A DNA stretch of 63,063 nt, filler included, from Bigelowiella natans CCMP2755 (GCA_000320545.1; 9 parts of 9 records of this genome joined end to end with filler, not necessarily neighbours in it); one strand, 5' to 3'. Positions 49,052-60,769 are shown, counted from the first letter of the whole stretch. Program-made: numbers and translations. Notes: generated from the letters alone by a model not told the origin.

Positions 49052-50148
49052 TTCATGCACGACCACAATGCACGTGCAACATGTAACGTAGAGTTATAAT
49101 CCCAGGTCTGCAGGATAAGGACCTTCATAGGAGTGGAGCAGCTCTATTACAAAGTGAGGAAATTATAATTGACAGCCCGGAGCATGTATTCATCGTTTTA
49201 TGTCGAAATAGCTTAATTTTGTGAGATTCTTGGAGATGTAGCAGGCTTTTTCATGCGACTAGAGCTCCAGAACATGTTTCAAACGGAACCGTCTTACGGC
49301 TTTTCTGTACTTTTCCTTTCCTGAAACCTGAGCAATATGGTTTTGATTAATTCTTAGGTTCAAAGATGATGGAGGTCATTTTAGATCCTGAAGCGGTACG
49401 TGATCGAACTAGTAACTCACTCTCAGATATGACTTCAATAGATTTTGAAATACAATGTGTGTTGTAGGTTCCATAATCCTGGGAAAGTCGAGGGTACTTA
49501 ACCGAGTACATTAATCGGAAGCAGAGAGCTGTGTGAAGTGTCCCACTGTCACATCTGTCATGTGTACATGTACATGAGTGCATGTCCGTTGATATACCAA
49601 AGAAGTTAGTCCTGCATCTTGATGCGCTACCAGAATATGATTAGTAGCATCGTAGTAGAAGTGTGCATTAATGAGTTCCCTCGGCATTGCTGTCAATGAA
49701 GTGTCATGGAAACAGCTAGACAGTGCACACCATGCCATTGCATGTGACACGTGCTGGCACATCTAAACATGCGTTGTGTGCAATGAGTCGATCGAGTCTG
49801 AAAACGGCTGGGGCTCGCCAGCTCGCCGTGTTCGATCAGTGCGCTGTCCTGCCCGTGCTGCACAAATGAATGGGCTGAGTGCCATGCTAGTTCCAGAGTT
49901 TGCAAATTGAGCAGATTGCCTCACCAGCTCCAGAGCTAGCTCCACCTGCACGCACGCAGACAAGTCATGCATGCTGTCACGCAGTGCTAAATGGCACCTA
50001 GGCATGTCTGGATGCTCACATTCTAGCACACCAAGGTGTTTGTAGACGTCGATCTGACAGCCATCTGACTGGCTGGCTATGAGTTGCAAAGCCTCCACAC
50101 GAAAGTGTGACTTGGCGAACAGACAGCAGAATTGGTGGGTGTCATGCT

Positions 50149-50474
50149 TGTTGCGCGTAAGGTGTTCACAGGCCGAGGCGCTACGTGCACAAGTAGGCAG
50201 GGGGGGGGAAAGGCACGTTTGCTTCCTTTTGAAGAGTTGTGTTTATTTTTATTAAAGATTATATTTTTATTAAATCGTGCACTGCGTAATCATTCGCGAA
50301 GCTTTCGCGAATGCCGCCGCACGTGGGGCAGCACACTTCCGGTGTGCTGCCATGAGTCCCGCCGGAACCCACGTGCCTATGCTGTATTAATATCTACGTT
50401 ATCTATATTCTATATCCGCGACAACCCCTTTGTTGTCGCACGTGACTTGTGCCCGCGTAGTGGTACGCGCTACA
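50149..50474 (-). repeat. 3' long terminal repeat (326 bp)
   Basis: TG...CA ends with a 10/11 terminal inverted repeat (tgttgcgcgta / tacgcgctaca). Purine tract GGGGGAGG abuts it (50475-50482, minus strand); AATAAA signals near 50243-50273 on the minus strand. Confidence 0.8.
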
Positions 50475-50525
50475 CCTCCCCCAAGTCACGTTGCTCCTTC
50501 CTTCCTTCCTTATTCCCTTAGACCT

Positions 50526-53500
50526 TCATCGCTTTCGGAACTTCACCAACCACCAGGTAATAGATTCCTCTCTAACCTTATCTCCTTTGTCGCTTACCCA
50601 GAACTCACCTTCGTCCTTAGGTTCGTGTCCATACCAGCCCTCTGCATCAAGGTCCCCCAGGACCTTATACCAGTGCTCAAAGGGTAAGTCGGGAACAGCT
50701 AGGTAGAGTAGCTGATATTTTCCGTCCTTTATTTTCATAGCTACCCTCTCCATATTTCGTAATCCAGGGTAGCCTAGATAGACAATCTTCATGCGCCAAT
50801 CGTCGTTCACCCTGACCTTATTGTTTCCATATTCCACATCGAACTTAGGTCGGGGTCCTAAACAAGGCATTGCTCGCTCCCACACAGTAGGGTTTACTTT
50901 AACATCCTCTAGGAGCTTCTCACCGATATCATAATTCTTTAGGTGACTGATGTGGCGCAAGGTGACCCTGTTCCCATCATAGATGTAGTACTGCTTCCTC
51001 CCCTTCCTCTCGGTAACCTTTGCAACGCCACCCCAGAAGGGGTCTTGTTTATTTCTCGATCTCAGATTTACCTTGGCCCTAACATACTGTCCTTCCTTTA
51101 GAACTCGGCCATCGTACGGGACCTTCTCGTCTTCGCTCTCGGTATCGTCGTCGTTGTCGTCGCCTTCTTCCCTCTCCTTATCCTTGATACCTCCCCCAGA
51201 CGTGAAGGTGTCGTTTACTAACCCTTGTATCTTGTCTGGTGTGGTGCTATTTATCCTGCTTAGGTTGGCCAAGGTGCGGTGGAGTCGCTCTACCTTGGAG
51301 TTGGACTGGGCATAGTATACAGGTGAGGCATCAATATTAGGGTGTGGTAGCTGTAGAAGAGAGGTCTCATTATCCACATGTAACTTCTTTGGTATCTTGT
51401 TTATGCTAACTTCATCAGGGATAGCCTGGAGCTCAGACTCCCAGGTACGGTAGCAGTTAGTAAGCCTCTGCTTATATAAGCCTTTGTTCTTCTTAGCAAC
51501 GTTGACCTTGATAATCTTTTTAACCCAGCACTTTCCAGTGGCCACATCAACGAAGGTAAGGTAGTGATAGCCATCGTACTTATAAACATCAATTTGCACG
51601 ATATCTAAGAAGTTCCTTGCTTTGATTTTCTTAGATGCACGGCTCTTGCTGGACTCCTTGGTGGCGACGCCTGCCGCCTTCAAGCTGGAGCACCTGCAGC
51701 CACGCAGGTATGTCCTTATCTCTTTTAGCTTGTAGGGCCAGTAGTAATGGTAGAGTAGAGCAGTGATATGGTTTTCTCCTACGTGTGCAGGTCCATGGGC
51801 GGTAAAGAGAAGGGCTCCCCTGGTCCGCCGTGGCACGTAGGTACGCCTAACATTATTAGTGTATACATATATCCTATCACTAAGTACCTCATGCTTGTGT
51901 TTGTATTTATCCAGGTGTTCTTGAAGGTGCTGGAGCTCCTCTGGCTCAGGCAGGAAGTCGCCGTCCTCGAAGGTAATCGCGTTAACCATAGGGGTGACCT
52001 GGGTAGGGACTTTCTTTTGGAACAGCCTGCTGAAATAGTCAGCAAGCTGCTTGTCTCCTGGTGCGTAGACCACTGTCCTCTTGTCCCTAAACTCTTCCGT
52101 GTCCGCCCTCATAGCTGCATACTCATCGTTAGGCGCTTCGAGCTTGCGGTCGATGCCTAGGAGGGGCTTGTGGTCAGTCATTAAGGTGAAGCTGGGCACC
52201 GACAGCAGGTAGTATCTTAGTTTCCTCTGCGCCTCAGTCATGGCTTTATACTCTCCTTTTGTAGGGCTGTACTTGGCCTCAGCTGCTGTGCAGGCCCTGC
52301 CCCACACCCGTATGATCTGCTGGTCTTGGGTAAGTACAGCAGCCATACCTAGCTTAGACCAGTCTGTCCATAGGGTAGCTGGTCTAGTAGTGTCTAGCTT
52401 AGCATTCAATAGGGTGTTGCTGCATAACTTTATTAGGTTATCGAAGTGGGCATCAAGGCCAGCCTTGGCCCACACCTTAGCGAAGCTGAGGCCTACAGAG
52501 TTCTCCTTCCGGTAAGCAGTAGTAAAAGCAGCTGCAGTCCTAGCGTAGGTAGGGGAGAACCTACGTAGTATCCAAGCTGCAGTCTGCAAGAATGACTTTA
52601 ACTCCTTTGCATTCTTAGGTTTAGGGGCTTGCTGTAGTGCTGCTACTTTCTCGGGGTTTGGGGTGATGCGGCCTTGCTCCAGGTAATATCCACACCACTT
52701 GATTCTTGTAGCTAGGAATGTACACTTCTGCAGTCTAATAGTAAAACCGAAGTGTGCAAACCTAATAAATATATTTTCCAGGAGGAAGATCTGAGCGACG
52801 ACTGTGTTGGTACATATTATGTCATCATCCACATACACAAACACAAACACCCACAACACAGACGCCATCCCATCATGTGTGTATGCCCTGTAGTTCTGAC
52901 TACTGAACGCATCCCCTGATATGCTTAGGCCGTAAGGGAATACGACGAAGTGCCACTTCCTGTGCCTGCTGGAGAACGCGGTAATGGGGCGGGAGGTTTT
53001 GTGGATGGGTGTCTGCATGTATGATTCATTTTTATCTAGGGAAGAGTAGTATTTGTATCCTATGACGTGTTCAATAACGTCATCTATCCTTGGTGTAGGT
53101 GTCTGGATCCTCTTTATTACTCGGTTGTGGCGGATGAAGTTGTGCGCCAGGCGGAAGAAAGGGTAAGTAGGTTTCTTAGCTAGCACATGTCTCACGTTCC
53201 ATGGTGAGTTGCTTGGCTCTATCTTCCCTTCCTTTGCCCATTCATTGATCTGCCACTCTATCTTTTCCCAGTCCGCTTCCGGTCGCCTATGTTCTGGGTC
53301 ATTGATGATGCACTCTTCGTATCCCTTCTTTAGCTCGATCTTTACTGGGGTAAGCTTGCTGGAGGGCTTCGTCGTCGGCTTGGTGATGTCAGAGTACTTC
53401 TCGTTTAATATTTTATTAATGTACTTTTTGCCTTTGTCGATATCCCAATCATCAGCTGGGGGGGTCTTGTCCAGTAGCTCCGTTATCTGTCGGATGGTCT

Positions 53501-55229
53501 TGCCGGGGTTCTTCTTCCGTAGCTCGGTAGGTGTAGGTAGCTTGTTGTCCGCTAGGTCCATAAACTCTAACGCATTAACGCTTGACTCAGAGGTCCACTC
53601 GTCAAGCCGTATCATGTTCTGGCTGATGGTCCTGCCTGACTTCTTTGGCAACTTAGCAAAGTATATCTTGTGATTGTAGAATGATATGATCCCCCCTAAT
53701 TTTTCTAGGGCATCCTGTCCGAGGAGTAGTTCCATGGATAAAGTCATGGCTACTCGGGTCTTGATTTGGGTCTCCGCGTCGCTGCCAGGTATCTGTAGCT
53801 TTAGCATTAGCTCACCGACGGTCTTCATGGAAGAGCTTCCGTCTGCTTGAGCATATTTACGTTCTTTCTTAGTCACTTGATCCAATAGTCCTAACCTTCT
53901 TACTGTGCTTAGGCTTATGAAGGACTTCGGCATGCTGCCACTATCCCAAAGGGCAGGTAGTTTCTTGTAGTCTCCGTAGCTGTCTTTAACTTTAACCTTG
54001 GTCATAGCAACTTTGATAGTCCTGTTAGCGTCTTCGTCATTAATGTTGCATACTCCTAAGTTCTTTATGTCGTCTAGGGTCATGGGCTTGTCTTGGTCCT
54101 GCGTTGCTGGTACTGCTGTCTTCGTCGGCGCCTGCTTAAGGTGATCTAATATTCCGTTTATCTGCTGCTGTATAGCATTGATACTGTTCTGCTTTTTGTT
54201 CTTATATTTATTGTTCTTCCCGTTGTTGCTGCCTTGCCATTTGCTGTTGTTATATCCTTGTCCTCTGCCTTTCTTTCTCTTTAACTTCTCGTAGTGTTCG
54301 TTGAGCTGCCTGATCGTCATCCTGGGTCGTCCTTCTTTCCTGTCTCTGCAGTCTTTAGCGGTGTGTTTCCCTTTACGTGAGCAGTATCCGCAACGTCGGT
54401 TACCTTCCCTGTCCTTGTACCAGTCTCGCTGCGGCTTAATAGCGTTAATGTTTCCTATGCCAGGTACCTTAGGGCTGGTAAACTTGCGGTCCTGCTCCTG
54501 CTCGCGTAGGGATATAGCCTGCACTGCTGCCTCCATCGTGGTGTAGCCTTTCTCCGTAACGTAAGTGGATTCCTTTATCTTTAACTTGAACTCTTCAAAC
54601 CTTGCCTGATCATCACCTGTGTTGTAATTAAAATCATGTAGTTCGTCGATCATATCCTGGAAGCGCGTGGCAAAGTCTCTAACAGGTTCTCTCTCATGCT
54701 GCATCATTGCTCTGTATTTTCTAATAGCCTGGGGTAGGGAGTTAGCATCCTGTTCATTTACAAAAGCCTTCATTATCGCCTCAACGTCTCGTAGCCCACT
54801 AACTGTAGTGTGTATTTTCTCTAGCTGCCTGATCCGGGTCCTGCCTGTCTCGTAAAGGTCCATGGCTTGCTTTATTATAGCTAGCCATTTGAGCTTGTCG
54901 TTTTCGGTGGGGTTAGGGGTAAAGTCGCAGAGTATACTCCTAGCGTTCTTCCACCACCTCCTTGCCTCACCTCTTTTCCCGTTGTATTTCGTTATCATAA
55001 CCGGTGCTGTTTTAACAGACATGAACTGGGTGTTCCGCTGTACCGGCTGCTGCTGCTTGACGGTGCTCTGGGTCGTCCCCCGCGAGGCGCCCAGACCCCC
55101 GTCGTTCCTAAACAAAGCTGCCCACTCTGGAGGTAAGTCTGCTTCGTAATCCATGATGTCCTGCATGATAGCTGCCCAAACATCATGTGTCTGATACTTG
55201 TATTCTATCGATACTTTCAGTTTGGCGTA
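50526..55229 (-). CDS. Gag-Pol polyprotein (more than 1546 aa; frame open to contig end)
   Basis: Zn knuckle CGYCSRKGKHTAKDC; protease LWDSGS; RT FPYGL and YVDD; RNase H TDWS/TDHKPL/ADYFSR; integrase HxxxH-CxC, QID/HVD/KVE; SH3-like module; extra C-terminal domain. Confidence 0.96.
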   Translation of the reverse strand, partial: YAKLKVSIEYKYQTHDVWAAIMQDIMDYEADLPPEWAALFRNDGGLGASRGTTQSTVKQQQPVQRNTQFMSVKTAPVMITKYNGKRGEARRWWKNARSILCDFTPNPTENDKLKWLAIIKQAMDLYETGRTRIRQLEKIHTTVSGLRDVEAIMKAFVNEQDANSLPQAIRKYRAMMQHEREPVRDFATRFQDMIDELHDFNYNTGDDQARFEEFKLKIKESTYVTEKGYTTMEAAVQAISLREQEQDRKFTSPKVPGIGNINAIKPQRDWYKDREGNRRCGYCSRKGKHTAKDCRDRKEGRPRMTIRQLNEHYEKLKRKKGRGQGYNNSKWQGSNNGKNNKYKNKKQNSINAIQQQINGILDHLKQAPTKTAVPATQDQDKPMTLDDIKNLGVCNINDEDANRTIKVAMTKVKVKDSYGDYKKLPALWDSGSMPKSFISLSTVRRLGLLDQVTKKERKYAQADGSSSMKTVGELMLKLQIPGSDAETQIKTRVAMTLSMELLLGQDALEKLGGIISFYNHKIYFAKLPKKSGRTISQNMIRLDEWTSESSVNALEFMDLADNKLPTPTELRKKNPGKTIRQITELLDKTPPADDWDIDKGKKYINKILNEKYSDITKPTTKPSSKLTPVKIELKKGYEECIINDPEHRRPEADWEKIEWQINEWAKEGKIEPSNSPWNVRHVLAKKPTYPFFRLAHNFIRHNRVIKRIQTPTPRIDDVIEHVIGYKYYSSLDKNESYMQTPIHKTSRPITAFSSRHRKWHFVVFPYGLSISGDAFSSQNYRAYTHDGMASVLWVFVFVYVDDDIICTNTVVAQIFLLENIFIRFAHFGFTIRLQKCTFLATRIKWCGYYLEQGRITPNPEKVAALQQAPKPKNAKELKSFLQTAAWILRRFSPTYARTAAAFTTAYRKENSVGLSFAKVWAKAGLDAHFDNLIKLCSNTLLNAKLDTTRPATLWTDWSKLGMAAVLTQDQQIIRVWGRACTAAEAKYSPTKGEYKAMTEAQRKLRYYLLSVPSFTLMTDHKPLLGIDRKLEAPNDEYAAMRADTEEFRDKRTVVYAPGDKQLADYFSRLFQKKVPTQVTPMVNAITFEDGDFLPEPEELQHLQEHLDKYKHKHEVLSDRIYVYTNNVRRTYVPRRTRGALLFTAHGPAHVGENHITALLYHYYWPYKLKEIRTYLRGCRCSSLKAAGVATKESSKSRASKKIKARNFLDIVQIDVYKYDGYHYLTFVDVATGKCWVKKIIKVNVAKKNKGLYKQRLTNCYRTWESELQAIPDEVSINKIPKKLHVDNETSLLQLPHPNIDASPVYYAQSNSKVERLHRTLANLSRINSTTPDKIQGLVNDTFTSGGGIKDKEREEGDDNDDDTESEDEKVPYDGRVLKEGQYVRAKVNLRSRNKQDPFWGGVAKVTERKGRKQYYIYDGNRVTLRHISHLKNYDIGEKLLEDVKVNPTVWERAMPCLGPRPKFDVEYGNNKVRVNDDWRMKIVYLGYPGLRNMERVAMKIKDGKYQLLYLAVPDLPFEHWYKVLGDLDAEGWYGHEPKDEGEFWVSDKGDKVREESITWWLVKFRKR

Positions 55230-55403
55230 NNNNNNNNNNNNNNNNNNNNNNNNNNNNNNNNNNNNNNNNNNNNTTAATTAATTAANNNNNNNNNNNNNNN
55301 NNNNNNNNNNNNNNNNNNNNNNNNNNNNNCACAGTGAACAGAGTGTTGATTGACTAATGCCAGTATTTTAACCCAAATATATATAGATTCGATTCGACAT
55401 CCA

Positions 55404-55442
<39 letters not shown>

Positions 55443-55585
55443 ATACACACATACTTCATAGTAGAAGCGGCGTGAAAATCATCGCCGTCTCTCATATCAT
55501 CGTCTCTGTCGTTGTGGCGGTTGCTGTGGTTCCTCCCTCCCTGTCCTCCCTCCTTCGTCCCTGCCCTTCGTTCCGCACCGAGCAG

Positions 55586-55860
55586 GAAAAATCGCGCACG
55601 TGCTAGCCGGAAGCATCTTCATCCTGGCGATATCATATATCATAAACTTCCTTTGCTTCGACGATGAAGAAGACTACATTGATGCAGCTTACTATCAACG
55701 GGTGGGTGGGGGGTTGGTGTCACGTTATGATCTGCCAAATGCGTGCCGTGAAATTGAGTTGCGAGGGCGAGAGGAAGGAGGAGGGGCCATGGGGAAGCGA
55801 GGGGGAGGGGGCGAGCAAGCGAAAGGAGGGTTCGAGAGGTTTTGTGCGCGCATTTGTGTA

Positions 55861-55897
<37 letters not shown>

Positions 55898-56263
55898 ACT
55901 CTGTGCCTGCACGTGTGTTTGCACATTTGCAACTTTAGCATCCTCATTCCTCCGTCCTCCTTCTCCTCTTCCCCAACTCATTTTACAACTCGCTACTACT
56001 AGATGCAAGGGAATGACGACCAGGAGCAACCTCCTGAACTCGACAGCCGTCGCGGTCCAGACACACGATTTGACATGCGCGGGGACGGTCCAGGCATAGT
56101 CTCTGATGTGCACGGGGAGGGCACAAGTAGCAAGTACGGAGCCATGATGCCTCATCATGCTGGCGGAATTGACGGCAACGGTGAGGATGCAAGAAACGGT
56201 CAGCTAGGCTTAGATGCGGACGAGGCTGTCATTGTGAGAGGGGAGGGCACTCCCCCAACGTGA
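55586..56263 (+). CDS. Last exons of an unknown membrane protein
   Basis: In-frame GT-AG exons KIAHVLAGSIFILAISYIINFLCFDDEEDY...|MQGNDDQEQ...PPT*. Confidence 0.4.
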
Positions 56264-57394
56264 TGTGATGGAACTTTTCACCGAAAATCGCAGATACCAC
56301 ATGCACACACAAACGCATGCATGATCGATGTGCACGTTCACAGTGCAATATGCTAGCATGCATCGCTAGATCGCATTATATCGCAGCGCGGGATTGAGAG
56401 TGGCCTTGCTAGTTTGATGTCCTGCTAGCCTGCTAGCTAGCTGGCCTGTCTGCAATGCTGGATCGAATGTGATGCCAGCTGTGCCTGTCTAGCTGTCTAG
56501 CTGTGCGTGCACATCTAGACATGCTAGCATGCTAGCATGCAAGCTGGCTAGCTGACATGTCTAGCTAGCTAGCTAGATGTCTAGATGTGTGTGTAGTTGT
56601 GTCCACCAACCTTTTGTCACGTGCGTGCGCCAAACGACTGACACGTGCACCATTCACACAACTGCTCACCACTCGCTCAGCACCAGCTAGCTAGCTAGCC
56701 AGAGCAAGCAAGTGCATGTTGTCTTGTCGAGAGGTCGATCAACTCGAAGGCTCAGGCTCCTTCCAACAGTTGACGCCGGAGTCTTCGAGTTGATCGGCCT
56801 CTTGAAGACCCCGCTCGGTATTTGCACCGCGAGTGTCACGCTGGCACGCCACACGCTGACACGCTGCACGCACAACGCATTGAAACGTTTGATTTGGGCC
56901 GGATCATCTGGATCATCTAGTCATCCGGCTAGCCGGCCCAAAAAGCTGCACTAGAATTGGTCTCAGCCCACACTAGCACGCCCATCATGAAATAGCAGTG
57001 GTGCATCTGAAGCTAGACATCGCCGCGGCGAACTCTTTGCTGCTTCAAGGATGGCGCCGCACCATCAGGAGTCATCTCTGTGACTCCATGACTCCTCCAT
57101 GACTCCCGAAATTTCACAGTTCCCCGTCATTCCAGGCCGATCGAGTTTCGTGGCTAACCTGATTTGTTGTCGCACGTGAGTGCTCCCCGTAAGAGTCAAC
57201 AGTTTTGCTTTTAGTTTCGCGTTTCGTTGTCGCACGTGAGAGATCGCCTGGAAAGTCGGCAGTTGTCAGTTTGATTCAAAATTTGAAATTTCAGGTTGTG
57301 ACTTGAGGAGGGAGGGGAAAACTGGGGAGGGGGGAGACGGGAAGGCGGGCGGTAGAGCTGCTCTGGAACACGTACGAAATGCGAATCGTTGGTG

Positions 57395-57444
<50 letters not shown>

Positions 57445-58847
57445 AAATGCAGATCGAGACGTTGCTGAAACTCTGCAACCAATGCGAAACCATCCAGGAG
57501 TTTCCTTCATCTTGCTCGGAGCAATGCTGCTCCTTGTTTGCCCCTTTCAAGCTGCATTAGGTCCAGTCACCACCATAAATACAGTCTATCATTAGAGAAA
57601 CTTTGTCAATTACCAAGCAGTATCAGCCAGCCTGTGCTTATTGTACGGAGCTGCGGCGAGTATTGAAGTATGGTTTTGCCATCGTCAGGGTCCAGCGTGT
57701 TCATCAGAACCTCGAGGACAAATAGAAGGTGATGCAAAAAACAATATTGAAGCGTATGCATTGTGCGAAGCGTGCTTTTCGATGAAGCAGAACTGCGGCG
57801 AACCAAAGAATGTATGCAAAATACGCTACCACACGCACTGCATTTGCCATATGATAATCAATCAGCTACACCGAGGAGATGGAAAGACAGCTCGACAACT
57901 TAGAGAAGTAATAATATTTAGATAAATGTGGAAAAAATCTTAGCCCAGTAGATCGATACAGCATTGATAAGTCTGATATTTTCTCCTCCTCCACCGCCTC
58001 CTCTTGTCATCATGTACAGCAACTTCGTGCACAAGTACACAGATTCTGACCTTGGAGAAGACATCAGCGGTAATGAGAAGGACACAGCTAGAGTAGAACA
58101 TAAATGGATGCAGATGTATGCTTCAAAGGGCTCTCAAAAAATAATACAGTGGCATGTTGCTAAAAGAATCGAAACCACCGGCCAAGTTCTCCGCCGCCTC
58201 GTTTTCCTTTCTTCCATCAGTTAGCGCGATGAAAGTGACGATGCAGTCAACTTTTGATTGTCTCCTTTCATTCCCTTGCCTGAAGGGATCTTCTCGCTGC
58301 CGCCGTGCGATGTTCCCGCGCTCAGCCTTTTTCTTTTCACTTCATCAAATTTTTTTGGTGAAAATTGTCTCACGCAGGCATGCCAGAATTCTTCTACGGA
58401 AATGGGAAGAAGGACAGCGATATGTCAGACGAAGATCTCTTGGTATAGCAATGCTCGCCATCACCTCGCCGTTGACCTTATCATGTTACCAACTCACATC
58501 TCTCACATTTGTGGTGATTTTTTTGTACGTCCTCGCAGGGCCACATGGTCGACCTAGCAAAAATGGAGGGTCATCCTTCCATGGATGGCCTTCTTTCCTC
58601 GGGCAGCGGCTTCGATACTAGCATCTTCTAGTTGTAAGACGGATGTTATCAATCAAATTAAATTTGTTCAATGGTCATCCTAATGTAGCTGTGCAATGCA
58701 GCGGCTGCTAGTTGTAGGCATCGGAAGATACAGGTGTAAACAAGCGAGCTGTTGCCGTTCATGTATGTAGTAGTGCGTCTTGCAGCATGCATCACATCGT
58801 ACTTTCGCGTCATATTAATGCCATCATTGATGTCACAAGGCGATGTT

Positions 58848-58887
<40 letters not shown>

Positions 58888-59478
58888 GTAGCGCCTACCT
58901 CTAGCTAGCTAGTAGCTAGCAGACGTGCTAGCGTGGTCACACAATACCTAGGGGTAGTAGTCATTATGGTTCATCTAATGCGAAGTTAGTTTTTCGCTCT
59001 TGCTTGCGTATACCACGTGCACATGCACGCGCATGCTAACATGTGCCGCAGCAGCGTGCATGCACTCTTGCTTAAGTGGCAGCACACTGCGCTGTTATTG
59101 CATGTCCAGACGTACGCATGCATATAGGATCTAGATGATGTCACAACGCATGTGCCTGCTAGACACATAGCAGCAGCTAATAAATCATGCACGCGCATAC
59201 CAAACGAGCATCTAAACTACATGCTATGCTCGAGATGTGCTACGCATATGTATGTTCGTATGTATGTTGAATAAAGACAACAACACGAACGTCAAAGTTC
59301 ATTCTGCTTCCCCGGTGCCTGATGAAGCCGGGGGTGCATGTTGTGCAGAGAGATCGATCAAGATATACAAGCGGACGGCACCCATGCGACGAACGGGCGG
59401 CGATCCTTCAGCATGCCCTGCATCGTCGTATTCATTCGCACGCACAATTTCTTCTTCTTTTACGGTGCATCGGATTCA

Positions 59479-59758
59479 TCACGCGCCTCCATAGAAACGA
59501 CGAACCCACCCTGCCAGGGTACAACAAATTGGCCAGTCGAAAAGAGAGGGGGGGGGGGGGGGGACACCACAGAAAAACAGGTGTTCTCATTATCATCATC
59601 ATCATCTTCTTCTTCTTCTTTTGTTTGCGGTGCCTGGCGATTGGTTGGTCGTCAGCTTACTTACCGGACGCCGTATCTAACGCAAGAACGTTGCCAGCAG
59701 GATCCACCGCAATGCCCATGGGGCTCGTCACGTTCACAACAGAGTACAGCCCCCTCAC
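59479..59758 (-). CDS. NHL-repeat protein, last exons
   Basis: SPMGIAVDPAGNVLALDTAS|GWVRRF matches the NHL consensus PxGIAVDxxGNxxVxD. Confidence 0.55.
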
Positions 59759-59813
59759 CTAGAAATATCAAGAAGCACAAATGCAATCATGATCATCTTA
59801 CGTGCGCGCGCGC

Positions 59814-59849
<36 letters not shown>

Positions 59850-60720
59850 GTGTCGTCGTCGTCGGTNNNNNNNNNNNNNNNNNNNNNNNNNNNNNNNNNN
59901 NNNNNNNNNNTTAATTAATTAANNNNNNNNNNNNNNNNNNNNNNNNNNNNNNNNNNNNNNNNNNNNAGATCGTCTCCTTCTCGCATAGTACCGCTTTCCC
60001 CAAAGTCGGTACCCCCCCCCGAGGACGTCCTTGCGACCTCTAAGGACCAAAATTCAGCGAATTTGGATGAGCCTGGCTGGCATCAGTTACAAAGTTCCCC
60101 TTAGCTTTCATTCTGAGTGATGCCCTTTGCAAAAATTCCAATCCAAAATAGTAGTTATTTCCTCATTAACCCCATCCTCACAGTGATAGCTTCCTCCTCG
60201 CATCGTCCTCCTGATCTTCGTATTAGTTGCAAGATCATTATCCTCAAGTTCCTTAGCGGGGGGGGCAGGGGAGGTAATGAAATAAAACGCGAATGCGCCT
60301 AATAGAGATGATAGCTTTTTTGAGAGCAAACAACGAGAGTTGGGACGTTTTGGTGGGGAGGCTGAAAGGCCGGTATGCATCGAGGAAGCTTCGATCTGGA
60401 TTTCCATGGCTTGTACACATTGGAGCGAGCTGCTAATTTTGAATCATCAGCCAGCCATTGCTTATAAATAGCACAACCCAACCCGTATTTAGATGGGACC
60501 GCTGAGGCCCAGTGGGGGCCTTCTCGCGAATATGATGCAGCCGATGCCAACGACGAACGTTCCAACGCAAAGTAGACGAGGAGAGAAGATGGAAAGCGAC
60601 AAAGGAGAGGGGGGGGAGTGGGGGGGGATAAGGAGGGGGGAGGAGATGGAGATGAGATTGAGTATAGAATAATATATGATACGTGTTATTTATTATGTGC
60701 GGGTGTTATAATATGAATGT

Positions 60721-60769
<49 letters not shown>

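Larger units (their letters stand above)
50149..55229 (-). mobile_element. Ty3/Gypsy LTR retrotransposon; 3' LTR present, 5' end lost at contig edge
   Basis: Single gag-pol frame in PR-RT-RH-IN order, followed by a PPT and LTR. Confidence 0.95.

Noticed and set aside
23531-54855. Antisense ORFs over the ankyrin, integrase and gag-pol genes
   Set aside because: Shadow frames of real genes with no motifs of their own.
16231-59966. Eight recurring TTAATTAATTAA cores in N runs, superficially a repeat array
   Set aside because: Artificial six-frame-stop contig spacers; gene neighbourhoods across them carry no meaning.
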